A stretch of DNA of 64,000 nt from Bacteroidia bacterium (GTDB lineage Bacteria > Bacteroidota > Bacteroidia > 2-12-FULL-35-15): positions 5,509-69,508 of the forward strand of contig JAGVJJ010000011.1 of the NCBI GenBank assembly GCA_020051175.1, written 5' to 3'. Below, one piece after another: positions 20,087 through 29,384 of this stretch. Made by a program: the position numbers and the translations under genes. Each line of letters starts with the position of its first letter. Position 1 is the first letter of the stretch. The notes under the pieces are model-generated. The model worked only from the letters and a program-made list of their open reading frames with translations, made no database searches and had not been told where the DNA came from.

Positions 20087-20422
20087 TTAGATGATTTGTC
20101 TGAAGGCTCTGTAAATACCAAATCTTTTCAGATCAAGGTTGGTGGCTTCACGCACCAGGCGAACTTTTCGTGCCCAAATAATTCCGGGATATTCTATTAC
20201 GGGTTCTCCTTCATATTCGACTACAAACACCCTGTTCGTTTTTTGCATAAACTCTTTGGGATTTGATACCAGCCATGTTCCAATGCGACACCCGGAAATA
20301 AACCACTCTCCTTTTTTTACCCCTTCAGGTAAAAACCATTTTTTCATTTCATTGTCTAAGTCTCTCCCTTCAGGAGAGAGAATCTTAAACCATATTTGGC
20401 TGCGGTTGTCTTCGTGCTTCAT
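20087..20422 (-). CDS. phage-like hypothetical protein
   Basis: 111-aa ORF ending in an ARKVRLVRE-type motif. Confidence 0.7.
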   Translation of the reverse strand: MKHEDNRSQIWFKILSPEGRDLDNEMKKWFLPEGVKKGEWFISGCRIGTWLVSNPKEFMQKTNRVFVVEYEGEPVIEYPGIIWARKVRLVREATNLDLKRFGIYRAFRQII

Positions 20423-20433
20423 TATTATTTTGA

Positions 20434-20679
20434 TTAGCCGAGTGCTTCATTAAGAATGCGTAATCTTTCCCGTTTGATTTTATTGGTCTTGATTTTATCA
20501 CGTTCAATTATTTTAAGGGCAGCCATATAAATGCGTTCCTGGTACCCTGAACGGATTTTTTCGCCTCCCAGGAACCTATAAATAGTCGGACGGGATATTC
20601 CTGTCTTCTTGTGAATCTCCATTACAGCACTGGTTGGTAGCTCTTTTTTAATGATATTAACATCCTCCTGTGTAAACAT
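20434..20679 (-). CDS. Cro-like HTH protein
   Basis: EIHKKTGISRPTIYRFLGG HTH; first gene of the leftward early operon. Confidence 0.75.
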   Translation of the reverse strand: MFTQEDVNIIKKELPTSAVMEIHKKTGISRPTIYRFLGGEKIRSGYQERIYMAALKIIERDKIKTNKIKRERLRILNEALG

Positions 20680-20832
20680 TTTGTCAACTTTTGTAAAAGT
20701 TATTTTCTTTTTTGATTATTATTGTTGTATATTTGACCAATAATTATTTTAAAAGAGAAACAAATGTATTGCTTTTTTGACCACATTTACAAATAATATT
20801 TCCTTTTTGACAAATAAAAACTGTAATAACCT
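20680..20832. promoter_or_regulatory. candidate lysis/lysogeny switch region
   Basis: plus TATATTTG (20728-20735), minus TACATTTG (20761-20768), repeated TTTGAC motifs. Confidence 0.55.
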
Positions 20833-21459
20833 ATGAAACAAGAAGTTAAAAAAACAGAAAAGGGGGAATTGAAGACATTGGTCTCTCAAAACTTTTTAGG
20901 AGCAATGGAAGAAATGTCTGAAGAAGGAATTGTAAAAAATTCCCGGCAGTTTTCCAGTAGGGTTGGTAAAGACCAAAGCAATTTCTCCAAAATTAAAAAA
21001 GGAGATGGCCGTTACGTCACGCTGGACGTGATCTACGAAGCGGTAAACAACCTTGGGCTTAATGCAAATTTCATATTTGTTGAAGAAGGACCGGCAAAGG
21101 AAAAGCTGCTTAGAGACGGGGTGGTAAACAACAATAATAATGTTTCAGGTAACAATAATAAAATTTCAAATATTACTCCGGTGTTCCAGGGAGAAGTGAA
21201 AGGAGGAACTATTTCCATTGCTCAAAAGATCATACAAGGACTGCCGCCAAAGGAGAGAAAGGAAATGAAAAAGTATATGGAAAATGTTGCAAACGAAATT
21301 ATCGGTTTAAAAAAAACGATTGACGAATGCAATAAGAAGATAAAAGAGAAAGAAAAGGTTATTCAAGGCAAAGATGATGTGATTAAAGAGAAGGATAAAA
21401 TCATTATGGAAACGCAGGGACAGCTCATTAAAGTGGTAATGGAGAAAAAAGAGAAGTAA
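20833..21459 (+). CDS. CI-like repressor (HTH plus coiled coil)
   Basis: SRQFSSRVGKDQSNFSKIKKG HTH, LNANFIF, C-terminal KEKDKII coiled coil; divergent from the Cro-like gene. Confidence 0.7.
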   Translation: MKQEVKKTEKGELKTLVSQNFLGAMEEMSEEGIVKNSRQFSSRVGKDQSNFSKIKKGDGRYVTLDVIYEAVNNLGLNANFIFVEEGPAKEKLLRDGVVNNNNNVSGNNNKISNITPVFQGEVKGGTISIAQKIIQGLPPKERKEMKKYMENVANEIIGLKKTIDECNKKIKEKEKVIQGKDDVIKEKDKIIMETQGQLIKVVMEKKEK

Positions 21460-21493
21460 GAAAAATTACTGTTCTATCTTAAATTGCATAACG

Positions 21494-21769
21494 ATGGCAA
21501 AAAAAGCGAGTAAAAAATTTACGGGAGATTTTAAAGAAAAAAGCATTGTTTCTCATAAATTTGTAGAGGCATATAACAAATTAAAACAGCAAGGACTTAT
21601 TCACAGTTACCGGGATATAACCGAGAAGTATGGCTATGAAATTGATGTAATGAGTAATATTGCCAGTGGCAAACAAGAAGTGCCTACAATTTTATTATGG
21701 GCAATGGTAATGGAATATGGTATTGATGCAAATTTTTTATTTGATGTAAAAAAGGAATTAATGAAATAA
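21494..21769 (+). CDS. XRE-like HTH protein
   Basis: MSNIASGKQEVP...YGIDANFLF; resembles the N-domain of the upstream repressor. Confidence 0.7.
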   Translation: MAKKASKKFTGDFKEKSIVSHKFVEAYNKLKQQGLIHSYRDITEKYGYEIDVMSNIASGKQEVPTILLWAMVMEYGIDANFLFDVKKELMK

Positions 21770-21791
21770 ACGTTCTTTAAACATAAGAATA

Positions 21792-22018
21792 CAAGCGCAT
21801 TGTTGCTTGCGTAGGTAGAAAATCCGCGAAATCTTCAGCCCTAACAGCAAATGACAAGGATCGCCCAAACATGGGTGCGTCCTTGCTCATTTATTGTTGG
21901 GGCTGGGTCCTCGCGGAACCTTCTACCTTCATAAATGCTGTCGAGGTAACGCACCCACCCATTAAAAAGAGGGTATGTTCCTGACAGGATGCGTACCCTT
22001 TTTTATTTAGGGTAGGTT
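21792..22018 (+). ncRNA. candidate structured cis-regulatory or antisense RNA
   Basis: 116-nt multi-segment rod 21813-21928 with G-U pairs, alternative 9-bp pairing, terminator-like hairpin at about 21964-22004. Confidence 0.55.
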
Positions 22019-22174
22019 GATGGAAATTAATCAGGAGTTGTGCAATTCTTAATACATAAATACATTACATCTGTAAGAAAATTACGTAATTTGTTAGTAT
22101 TATATACTTAGGTGCTTTTACGGAGAAAGTCCCCGATTAAAGCCTTAAGCGATTTAAAACCAAGGAGGTAAAAA

Positions 22175-22609
22175 ATGGAAAGGCTCAAAGAACAAAGCGA
22201 TATGTTTAAGGAGCTTTTGGCGGCTTGTAATAAGAGGTTAATGTCAGAACCGGATAATATGGAAGTGTTTGAGTTGAGAGGTTTGCTTTACAACGTGGCA
22301 GAAATGTACGACAAAGCAATGGATGATTTAGACAGGGTAATTAAAAGCCTACCAGATGACGGAAATGCTTATTACCTGCGGAGTGATTGCCATTACATGA
22401 GGAAAGAGTTTGACCTGGCCAAACAGGACTATTTAAGAGCGCTGAAAGTACAAATGAAGGATGAACAGGAGTTTATCTCCAAACACACCGAAGAAGTGAT
22501 AAAAGAAGCGAAAATTGAAAATGAGCAGGAGCTAAATGATATGAAAAAAGTGCTTGAATACGAGAAGGCCAGGATCTTACTTCATTATTTGCCCGAACTC
22601 GCTGAATAA
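22175..22609 (+). CDS. tetratricopeptide repeat protein
   Basis: ELRGLLY..YDKAMDDLDRVI..PDDGNAYYLRS..AKQDYLRAL; SD AAGGAGGT at 22162-22169. Confidence 0.85.
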   Translation: MERLKEQSDMFKELLAACNKRLMSEPDNMEVFELRGLLYNVAEMYDKAMDDLDRVIKSLPDDGNAYYLRSDCHYMRKEFDLAKQDYLRALKVQMKDEQEFISKHTEEVIKEAKIENEQELNDMKKVLEYEKARILLHYLPELAE

Positions 22610-22998
22610 CTTACATCCTTAAACGTTTCCAGCCAACTCAACGCATCTTCTTTATTCGTGAATACTTTGACAGGCGCTTTAGGCTCGTCAAGCAATTTAA
22701 AGGCCATACCGATAATCTTAGCCAGTGTATTGGTTGTATAAATGGCTCCGGCACTAATAAATTCAGCGGCTTCAGTGCTTGCCATATAATTCCTGGCAGC
22801 CTCATTTACTGAAGATAAGCCGGTTATATCAATAAAAAACGGCCTGTAAATTCCCTGAGAAACCATTTTCCTGTCCCGCATCATATCAAATACTACTTCA
22901 ACATTAATGACAAGACCCTGTTTGCATTTAGAGAACAGGATTCCGTTTTCAATCCACAGGGTAGAGTGGTAAAACTCATATTTGTAAAAATTATCCAA
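22585..22998 (-). CDS. STAS/SEC14 (SpoIIAA)-like protein
   Basis: PFFIDITGLSSVNEAARNY, PVKVFTNKEDALSWL. Confidence 0.75.
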   Translation of the reverse strand: MDNFYKYEFYHSTLWIENGILFSKCKQGLVINVEVVFDMMRDRKMVSQGIYRPFFIDITGLSSVNEAARNYMASTEAAEFISAGAIYTTNTLAKIIGMAFKLLDEPKAPVKVFTNKEDALSWLETFKDVSYSASSGK

Positions 22999-23123
22999 TC
23001 TGTGCTTTTGAATTTATATTTTACGATAAATTGTTTTAAGTTTTTTAAATTATTCTGGACAACTTGAAATGACAACTCAGCACTTGAAAGCGGATTATCA
23101 GTTTCAAGTACAATATATTTTAA

Positions 23124-23360
23124 TTATTCTTCTAATTCTAAAAGAAGCGCTTTACAGTGGTCGTTCACAAATCTCAATATGTTTTAAAAAATCTTAGCAG
23201 GGAAAATGCGGATTAGTTTATCTAAATTCATTTTATAAATCCTTCCAGTTTGCGAATCTTCCAAATTCGCCCAAATTTCATACCATGCCCTTTCAATATT
23301 TGTTTCAAAATAGACTTTAGCGGCTCCAAAACTTTTAACAACAAAAGGAATTTCTTGCAT
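23124..23360 (-). pseudogene. possible small gene interrupted by an in-frame TAA
   Basis: MQEIPF...PAKIF*NILRFVNDHCKALLLELEE*; no recognisable family. Confidence 0.25.
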
Positions 23361-23488
23361 TGGATTTTTTGAATGTGAGTTCTTTAATAAAATTGTCTTA
23401 TTTAAAAGGTAGTCCCTTTTACTATCAATTTATTTGCTTCATGTTGTTTCATTTTTTTAACTTTAATAATTAATTCTGAAAATGTGCG

Positions 23489-24415
23489 TTAGCTTATTGC
23501 TGTTTCGTAGCTAAACAAAAAGTTTTTTATATATGAATTTTTTATTAAGGCATAATTGAAAATAATTAAACCCGTAATGGCACATGTAATTCCCATTAAT
23601 ACATCCAAAGTATAATGATGTCCGGAATAAATCGCAGAAAACCATATTCCGATCATAAAAAATGCAAAGAAATAATTGATAATCCCCATTTTATTTTTTA
23701 AACCATTAAAGAGAACTACTACTGGATATGCCGAATGAAGCGAAGGCATTGCTGCAAAAACATTTGAGCTTTTAGAATATAACGCTCCGAACATATTTAT
23801 TCCAAAATAATTATCAAATCTCGATAGTCCGGCAGTGTTTCCTGGAGTATTAAAATGAACATCAAATCCGTATTTTTGCACATACCAAGGTGGCGCAGCA
23901 GGAAAAATATAATATACTACAAAGCCGATTATATTAACAAATAAAAAGGCTAATGAAAATTTAAGAAATTGTGTCTTATTTTTGCGAAATAAGTAAAAAG
24001 CAAAAATAAGTGGTATTGGCATCCAATTAATATAAAATAAGCCGGACGCTATATCTAAAAAAGTTTTTGAATGTTTTTGCGCGAATTCATTTGGGGTTAG
24101 TATCGTATTATTATCGGAAATTCCAAAAATGGACTTTTCTTTTAAATATAAATCCTTAATATGAATTGTATTAAATTGATAATTAGGGAACGCCTTCATA
24201 CTATCGAAAATTATCCAAAACACAATAAATATGGAAAAGCCTAATATGAATTTTCGTGTACTTACTGAAAAGTAATACATGAAATTAAATAATCCAGCCA
24301 GAAATAACTGATCCGTTTTAAATCCAATTAAAATGAATGAAAGAAGCAAATAACTTAATGTTATTGATGTTACAATTAGTATGTTTCTCAGCGGTACTTT
24401 GTTAATTTTTATCAT
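23489..24415 (-). CDS. inositol phosphorylceramide synthase-like protein (AUR1/PAP2 family)
   Basis: FPAAPPWY, AGLSRFD, FAAMPSLHSAY, YSGHHYTLD. Confidence 0.88.
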   Translation of the reverse strand: MIKINKVPLRNILIVTSITLSYLLLSFILIGFKTDQLFLAGLFNFMYYFSVSTRKFILGFSIFIVFWIIFDSMKAFPNYQFNTIHIKDLYLKEKSIFGISDNNTILTPNEFAQKHSKTFLDIASGLFYINWMPIPLIFAFYLFRKNKTQFLKFSLAFLFVNIIGFVVYYIFPAAPPWYVQKYGFDVHFNTPGNTAGLSRFDNYFGINMFGALYSKSSNVFAAMPSLHSAYPVVVLFNGLKNKMGIINYFFAFFMIGIWFSAIYSGHHYTLDVLMGITCAITGLIIFNYALIKNSYIKNFLFSYETAIS

Positions 24416-24422
24416 AATTTTA

Positions 24423-25049
24423 TCATGGTTTAAATCTTTCCGAAACTACCTTTCCCGTTGTAATATCATTTCCTGTTAACTCAACATATACCACATTGGG
24501 GCTCCAAAAAGAACCACCATCGGTTTTAAAAAAAATCTTCTTTAAAAGAGATATTTTGTCGTTTATTTTTACGAATGCGTGATACCTACATCCTTTTGTA
24601 GTATTCATTAAATAAATGTCTGTTTTTTTATATGAAACGATATTTAATTTAAACCATTTTTTTTCTTTATCGAAAGCGCTCACGTTAACACCGTACGCAA
24701 AACTATTTTGTATACCTGATAATGGTAATATTTCGCCATTGTCAGCGTAACGAATCCAATAAATCTTAACAGGATCTTTTTCGTTAATTGTACTATCTTT
24801 ATTATAATTTACTTCATAAACAATTGTATTGATATTATGAGTTCGCTGTATATAGAAAAGCATATTTTTATTGAACGGTGGGGTAGGAAATGTGTCTTGT
24901 GGATTCACTTGCTTAATGCTCTTCAAAACAACGGGCATAGAGGAATTAACTAAAGATGCATTCAGTAAAAAAAACAATGGCAATAGAAATACTACTATAT
25001 ATTTTGCATTAAAAAATCGCATAGTTGATGTTATTATTTTAAATGACAA
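24423..25049 (-). CDS. DUF4833-like exported protein
   Basis: LFYIQRTHNINTIVYE, PVKIYWI, FAYG, PNVVYVELTG. Confidence 0.75.
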   Translation of the reverse strand: MSFKIITSTMRFFNAKYIVVFLLPLFFLLNASLVNSSMPVVLKSIKQVNPQDTFPTPPFNKNMLFYIQRTHNINTIVYEVNYNKDSTINEKDPVKIYWIRYADNGEILPLSGIQNSFAYGVNVSAFDKEKKWFKLNIVSYKKTDIYLMNTTKGCRYHAFVKINDKISLLKKIFFKTDGGSFWSPNVVYVELTGNDITTGKVVSERFKP

Positions 25050-25261
25050 TTTGTTAAGCTATCGGAGTTATAAGATTGGCACGTTTTATCGTATCCTTTA
25101 CTTCCTAATTTGGTCGTTTTTACACTATCCACATTTGTATTGTTACCACTTTTTAACACTGAACATACGCACACATACTGTTTATTACAGGAAAAATTCA
25201 GACAGGAAGATATTAGTATTGTAAACACCAAAATTTTATTTGTTTTTTTTAACGCAATCAT
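25034..25261 (-). CDS. small Cys-rich putative lipoprotein
   Basis: signal ending FSC, CNKQYVCVC, paired C-terminal cysteines. Confidence 0.6.
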   Translation of the reverse strand: MIALKKTNKILVFTILISSCLNFSCNKQYVCVCSVLKSGNNTNVDSVKTTKLGSKGYDKTCQSYNSDSLTNCHLK

Positions 25262-25272
25262 TTTTTATATGT

Positions 25273-25968
25273 TTATAATTTTTCTAATGCCTTTTTACAA
25301 TCCAATAATCTTTTTGTAGCCGTTATATTTGATAAAACAGCCACAATAGTTATGGGAATTGTAAATATTGAGATACTTTCAAAAACATGTATAGATATTC
25401 CTGAAATAAATAATTTATAGTCCCCGCCAATAAAAGAAGAAATTATTCCGCATAACAATGCGGATAATCCAATTGTTACTATGCGCTCAGGTCTTTGCAT
25501 TAAACCTCCTTTACACTCAATTCCAAGCCCTTCTGCTCTTGCCCTTGTATAGCTTACCATCATAGATCCTATTAATGCAATGAAAGCAAATAATGAACTT
25601 AGGAAATAATGATGTGCCACTAAATAATAACAAATACCTAAAAACATAACCAACTCACTATATCTATCCAGTACCGAATCGAAAAATGCCCCAAACTTTG
25701 TCGACATATTACCTAACCTTGCTACCTGCCCATCGAGCATATCAAACAATCCTGCGAATAAAATTAATCCACCGCCCCATCCAATGTAAGACAAATCGCC
25801 TCTATTTCCTTCTTCAGCCCCTACAATAAAAATAATTGCTACACCAATATTTAATAAAAAACCAATTATTGTAACTGTATTTGGGGTAAATCCAATTTTA
25901 ATTAAAAATCTTACAAACGGATTAATAATTATATAAATTCCTTGTTGTAACTTATCTCTTAACGTCAT
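25273..25968 (-). CDS. CDP-alcohol phosphatidyltransferase (phosphatidylinositol-phosphate synthase-like)
   Basis: DMLDGQVAR...GAFFDSVLDRY signature, SYTRARAEGLG, MQRPER. Confidence 0.92.
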   Translation of the reverse strand: MTLRDKLQQGIYIIINPFVRFLIKIGFTPNTVTIIGFLLNIGVAIIFIVGAEEGNRGDLSYIGWGGGLILFAGLFDMLDGQVARLGNMSTKFGAFFDSVLDRYSELVMFLGICYYLVAHHYFLSSLFAFIALIGSMMVSYTRARAEGLGIECKGGLMQRPERIVTIGLSALLCGIISSFIGGDYKLFISGISIHVFESISIFTIPITIVAVLSNITATKRLLDCKKALEKL

Positions 25969-26009
25969 CTATTTACTATTACTTTGAATTAATAATTTTT
26001 ATTATCTAT

Positions 26010-28568
26010 TTAAAAATCAAATTTAAATCTTACTCTAATTCCCAACTGTGAAATATTAGGATGATCGAGGTATGTAAACCGTTTTACTAAATCGACTCTG
26101 AAAAATTTAAAGATATTTGCAATTGCTACACTCCCTTCTACATAAGGCTTTTCGGATAAACTATAAGTAATTGGGATGCCTTCTGGAGTTATGGGGAATT
26201 TTAATAATCCAGAATTATTAACAGGATTATTATTCGAATTTATGCTACCATACAAAACTTTTAAGGTTACAGCTTCACGCCATTTTAGTTTTTTAAACAA
26301 TGGAATTTTATTAAAGAAGAATCCATTAAAGGAATGGTCTATATTTATACTAGCATACTGGTCACTTACGAATTCAAGAAAATTCATTAAGTTATATGAC
26401 TGAAGTTGATAGGCATAGGTTTGATTTGCACGATGTATGTCTAGTAAAGGGAAAGGAACCTTTCCAAATATTTTGCCGCCTTCTAAAACTACATCTGTAT
26501 AACCTAGCTGAGAAAAGTAAAATCGTTTATAAATATTTAATGAAATATTTTGATAATCATATTCGCCACCTAACAGGCCTTTAATCCCTTGAACATAGCG
26601 CAAGGTGAATATTGGGTTTTTAAAAGATATAGGGATTCTATAAGTTTTCCCTTGATAGAATTTTTCGTTGGGAGCCCAACGAAGTGTTAACGAAACTTCT
26701 GAAGTTTGAATGTTCTTTATATCAAACGAGTCATTGACATAATCTGTACGATTGTAATGCAAGCCACCTGCTGCCTTTTGAATCCAATTTTTGTACCCTA
26801 GTGTGAAAGAAAAGTGATTTTTGAATTCGTTGAGATATTCTAAATTAAAAATATCATTATAAAGCCATTTATCATTTGTTCCTCGCTTAAAAGACAGTAG
26901 AATGTTATCCTCCTGAATAAATTGTAATTCTTGTCCAGGAATCTTAGTCTCTCTTTGGTAACTCGCTTTCAATGATCTTACTGGGAAATCAAAAATACTT
27001 CTTTTGGTAAAAGAATAAGTTGCGCCAATGTAATACTTCCACTTTTCATCTTTAAAACCATAAGCTCCATATCCTTCAAACACAATTTTCTTACTGAAAG
27101 CATTTGTCGTTCTCCCTCCAAACCTTAATCTAAAGCCTTCTACAGGATTAAAACTATAAAATGTGCTTAAGGGGCCCATATCAAAATAGGGCGTGATAGT
27201 TTTATAGCCCGCAAAAAGTAAAACTAAAACATCCATTGATCTTTTAAACGCAGGGATTTTCTTTACACTATCAATAGTTGCATAAACACCTTTTTCTGAT
27301 TTAGATAATTGTGTGTGGCGATTTTTTATCCAATATTCATCATTCAAAAGACTTGCGCTATCACTTATTACGATTAGATCACCTCTATAGTCTTGCTCAG
27401 GTCTTGGCTTATTAATAATGAAATCTCTATACGACACGATTCGTTGGCCAAAGATTCCCATTTTCCCTTTGGTTAATCCAAAATCTGCCGACAATTCCTC
27501 GTTTACAACCGTATATCCTTGTTCTCCATTTTTTTCAAAATTTTGTACAATTTTTAACTCCTTTACCCAATTAAGGTTTATGTCCTTATTTACACTCATA
27601 TCAATATTGGCAACAGCATAACTACTATCGAGAGTTATTAGCATGTGTCCTTGAAATAAAAAATCTGAATGATTTCTTGGCACAAAGGCTAGTCGGATAA
27701 ATTTGTTATTATTTTCAGTAATTGTATCAACAATAAAAAATTTATAAAAAGTAGGTGAAAGATTGGCAATAGGGCTTATAAATTGATTGGTTAAAAGGGT
27801 AATATTATTATCGTAAATATTAATATCCTGATACAAATACTTCATATAAGCATCTATACCTTGATTATCTACATACCCCTCAAAAGCGACTGTTTTATTA
27901 GCCTTCACAATTTCTTTAGTTGTTTTTGGCGATTTTCTATACCATACGTTCGAAAGCGATTCCTTTAAATAAACAGGCAGCACAGGCTTCCCTTCCAGTT
28001 TTGTTGTATCTAAATTTTCAAAAACAAATTGAAATTTTTTAAATGCTTTTCTGTTCTTAAATTTATCGGTAACATTACTTAAGGCAAATTGGACTTTTTC
28101 ATATTTTTCATATTCATAATAATCAAAGCCCTCCTTTCTATTTTCAGATTTGTGATCAATAACTTTCCTGATTAATTCCACTGCCGGATTATCTTTATTT
28201 CGATATTTTGATTTTTGCCCCTTAACTGTGACTTCATCTAATTGTTTTGCTTCTGGTTGAAGTTTAAAATTGATTGATTGTTCTTTTCCCAAAACGACCT
28301 CTTTACTCATTGGCTTATAGCCTAAAGACAATACTTTTAATTTAGTGTAATTTTTATCTGATTGTATTTTATAATAGCCTTTAGCATCAGTTGTTGTTCC
28401 AATACTTGATTCATCAAAAAAGACAGTGGCAAAAGAGAGGGGTTCTGATGTTTTCGCATCAGTTACAGTACCGGAAATGATTGTGTTTTGAGAAAACAAA
28501 GTTTTCCCACACAACATTAAAAACAGAAGACTAACGAGTATGTGGTTTTTCTGAAGTGACAAAAACAT
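26010..28568 (-). CDS. DUF5686-like outer-membrane protein with carboxypeptidase-regulatory-like N-domain
   Basis: ISGTVTDAKTSEPLSFATV, NPAVELIRKVI, NPVEGFRLRFG, C-terminal Phe. Confidence 0.85.
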   Translation of the reverse strand: MFLSLQKNHILVSLLFLMLCGKTLFSQNTIISGTVTDAKTSEPLSFATVFFDESSIGTTTDAKGYYKIQSDKNYTKLKVLSLGYKPMSKEVVLGKEQSINFKLQPEAKQLDEVTVKGQKSKYRNKDNPAVELIRKVIDHKSENRKEGFDYYEYEKYEKVQFALSNVTDKFKNRKAFKKFQFVFENLDTTKLEGKPVLPVYLKESLSNVWYRKSPKTTKEIVKANKTVAFEGYVDNQGIDAYMKYLYQDINIYDNNITLLTNQFISPIANLSPTFYKFFIVDTITENNNKFIRLAFVPRNHSDFLFQGHMLITLDSSYAVANIDMSVNKDINLNWVKELKIVQNFEKNGEQGYTVVNEELSADFGLTKGKMGIFGQRIVSYRDFIINKPRPEQDYRGDLIVISDSASLLNDEYWIKNRHTQLSKSEKGVYATIDSVKKIPAFKRSMDVLVLLFAGYKTITPYFDMGPLSTFYSFNPVEGFRLRFGGRTTNAFSKKIVFEGYGAYGFKDEKWKYYIGATYSFTKRSIFDFPVRSLKASYQRETKIPGQELQFIQEDNILLSFKRGTNDKWLYNDIFNLEYLNEFKNHFSFTLGYKNWIQKAAGGLHYNRTDYVNDSFDIKNIQTSEVSLTLRWAPNEKFYQGKTYRIPISFKNPIFTLRYVQGIKGLLGGEYDYQNISLNIYKRFYFSQLGYTDVVLEGGKIFGKVPFPLLDIHRANQTYAYQLQSYNLMNFLEFVSDQYASINIDHSFNGFFFNKIPLFKKLKWREAVTLKVLYGSINSNNNPVNNSGLLKFPITPEGIPITYSLSEKPYVEGSVAIANIFKFFRVDLVKRFTYLDHPNISQLGIRVRFKFDF

Positions 28569-28929
28569 ATTTTTTTTGTAGTGTATAATTAAACCCAATT
28601 CCAACAATTAGCGAAGCGATAATTTTGGAAACTAAATACGGTAAATTGAGAATCTTTAGTATTGAAGCACTTCCGAAAACATTTAAGAAGATGCTTCCAA
28701 TCCATACTAATAAATATTTTACTCCCTGCTTTTTCAAATCTTTATTGTCTTTCATTTTAAATGACCAATATTTATTTATCATAAAATTTGTTGTCGCTCC
28801 GGCAATGGCACCAATACTTGTTGCCATTAAATAATTACATTTTGCTAACTCAACTAAAGTGACTGTAAACCCGAAGTCAACCATAGTTGCGCCCAAGGAA
28901 GATAGTTGAGTTCGCAAAAATATTTTCAT
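28531..28929 (-). CDS. GtrA-family membrane protein
   Basis: ATMVDF, NFMINKYWSF, FNYTLQKKYVF. Confidence 0.9.
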   Translation of the reverse strand: MKIFLRTQLSSLGATMVDFGFTVTLVELAKCNYLMATSIGAIAGATTNFMINKYWSFKMKDNKDLKKQGVKYLLVWIGSIFLNVFGSASILKILNLPYLVSKIIASLIVGIGFNYTLQKKYVFVTSEKPHTR

Positions 28930-29384
28930 TTAATAATATTTGTAATAATCAAAATTTGAATGATAATATTGCTATAAATTCCGGCAACTAAGTCATCAAC
29001 CATAACACCCCAACCATTTTTAAGCTTTTCTGTTTTTCTAATCCCTAACGGCTTTAGAATGTCAAAAAATCTGAACAATACAAATGCAATTACAATTGTT
29101 ATAAAATTGATTGGGAGAAAGAGCAAAGAAACAGTCATTCCTAGTACTTCATCAATGACTATTTTATTGCTATCCTTCCCCCAACTTCTTTCAGCTTTAT
29201 TTGAAACGATTCCCCCAATTACAAAGAGTATAAGATTTAAAAATAGGAACCGGATATTTGAATGTAAATGGAAGGTTACATACAAATAAATCAAACCACA
29301 CGTTATTAACGAGGCAACTGTTCCGGCTCCCTTTTTTATAAAACCAATTCCAAAAAATGATGCTATTATTTTATACAAAGTCAT
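28926..29384 (-). CDS. phosphatidylglycerophosphatase A family (probable PIP phosphatase)
   Basis: GAGTVAS, KDSNKIVIDEVLG, FRFFDILKP, GVMVDDLVAG. Confidence 0.92.
   Translation of the reverse strand: MTLYKIIASFFGIGFIKKGAGTVASLITCGLIYLYVTFHLHSNIRFLFLNLILFVIGGIVSNKAERSWGKDSNKIVIDEVLGMTVSLLFLPINFITIVIAFVLFRFFDILKPLGIRKTEKLKNGWGVMVDDLVAGIYSNIIIQILIITNIIK

Noticed and set aside
21792-22018. Retron msr-msd or 6S RNA
   Set aside because: No reverse transcriptase nearby; too short and lacking the large central bubble expected of 6S
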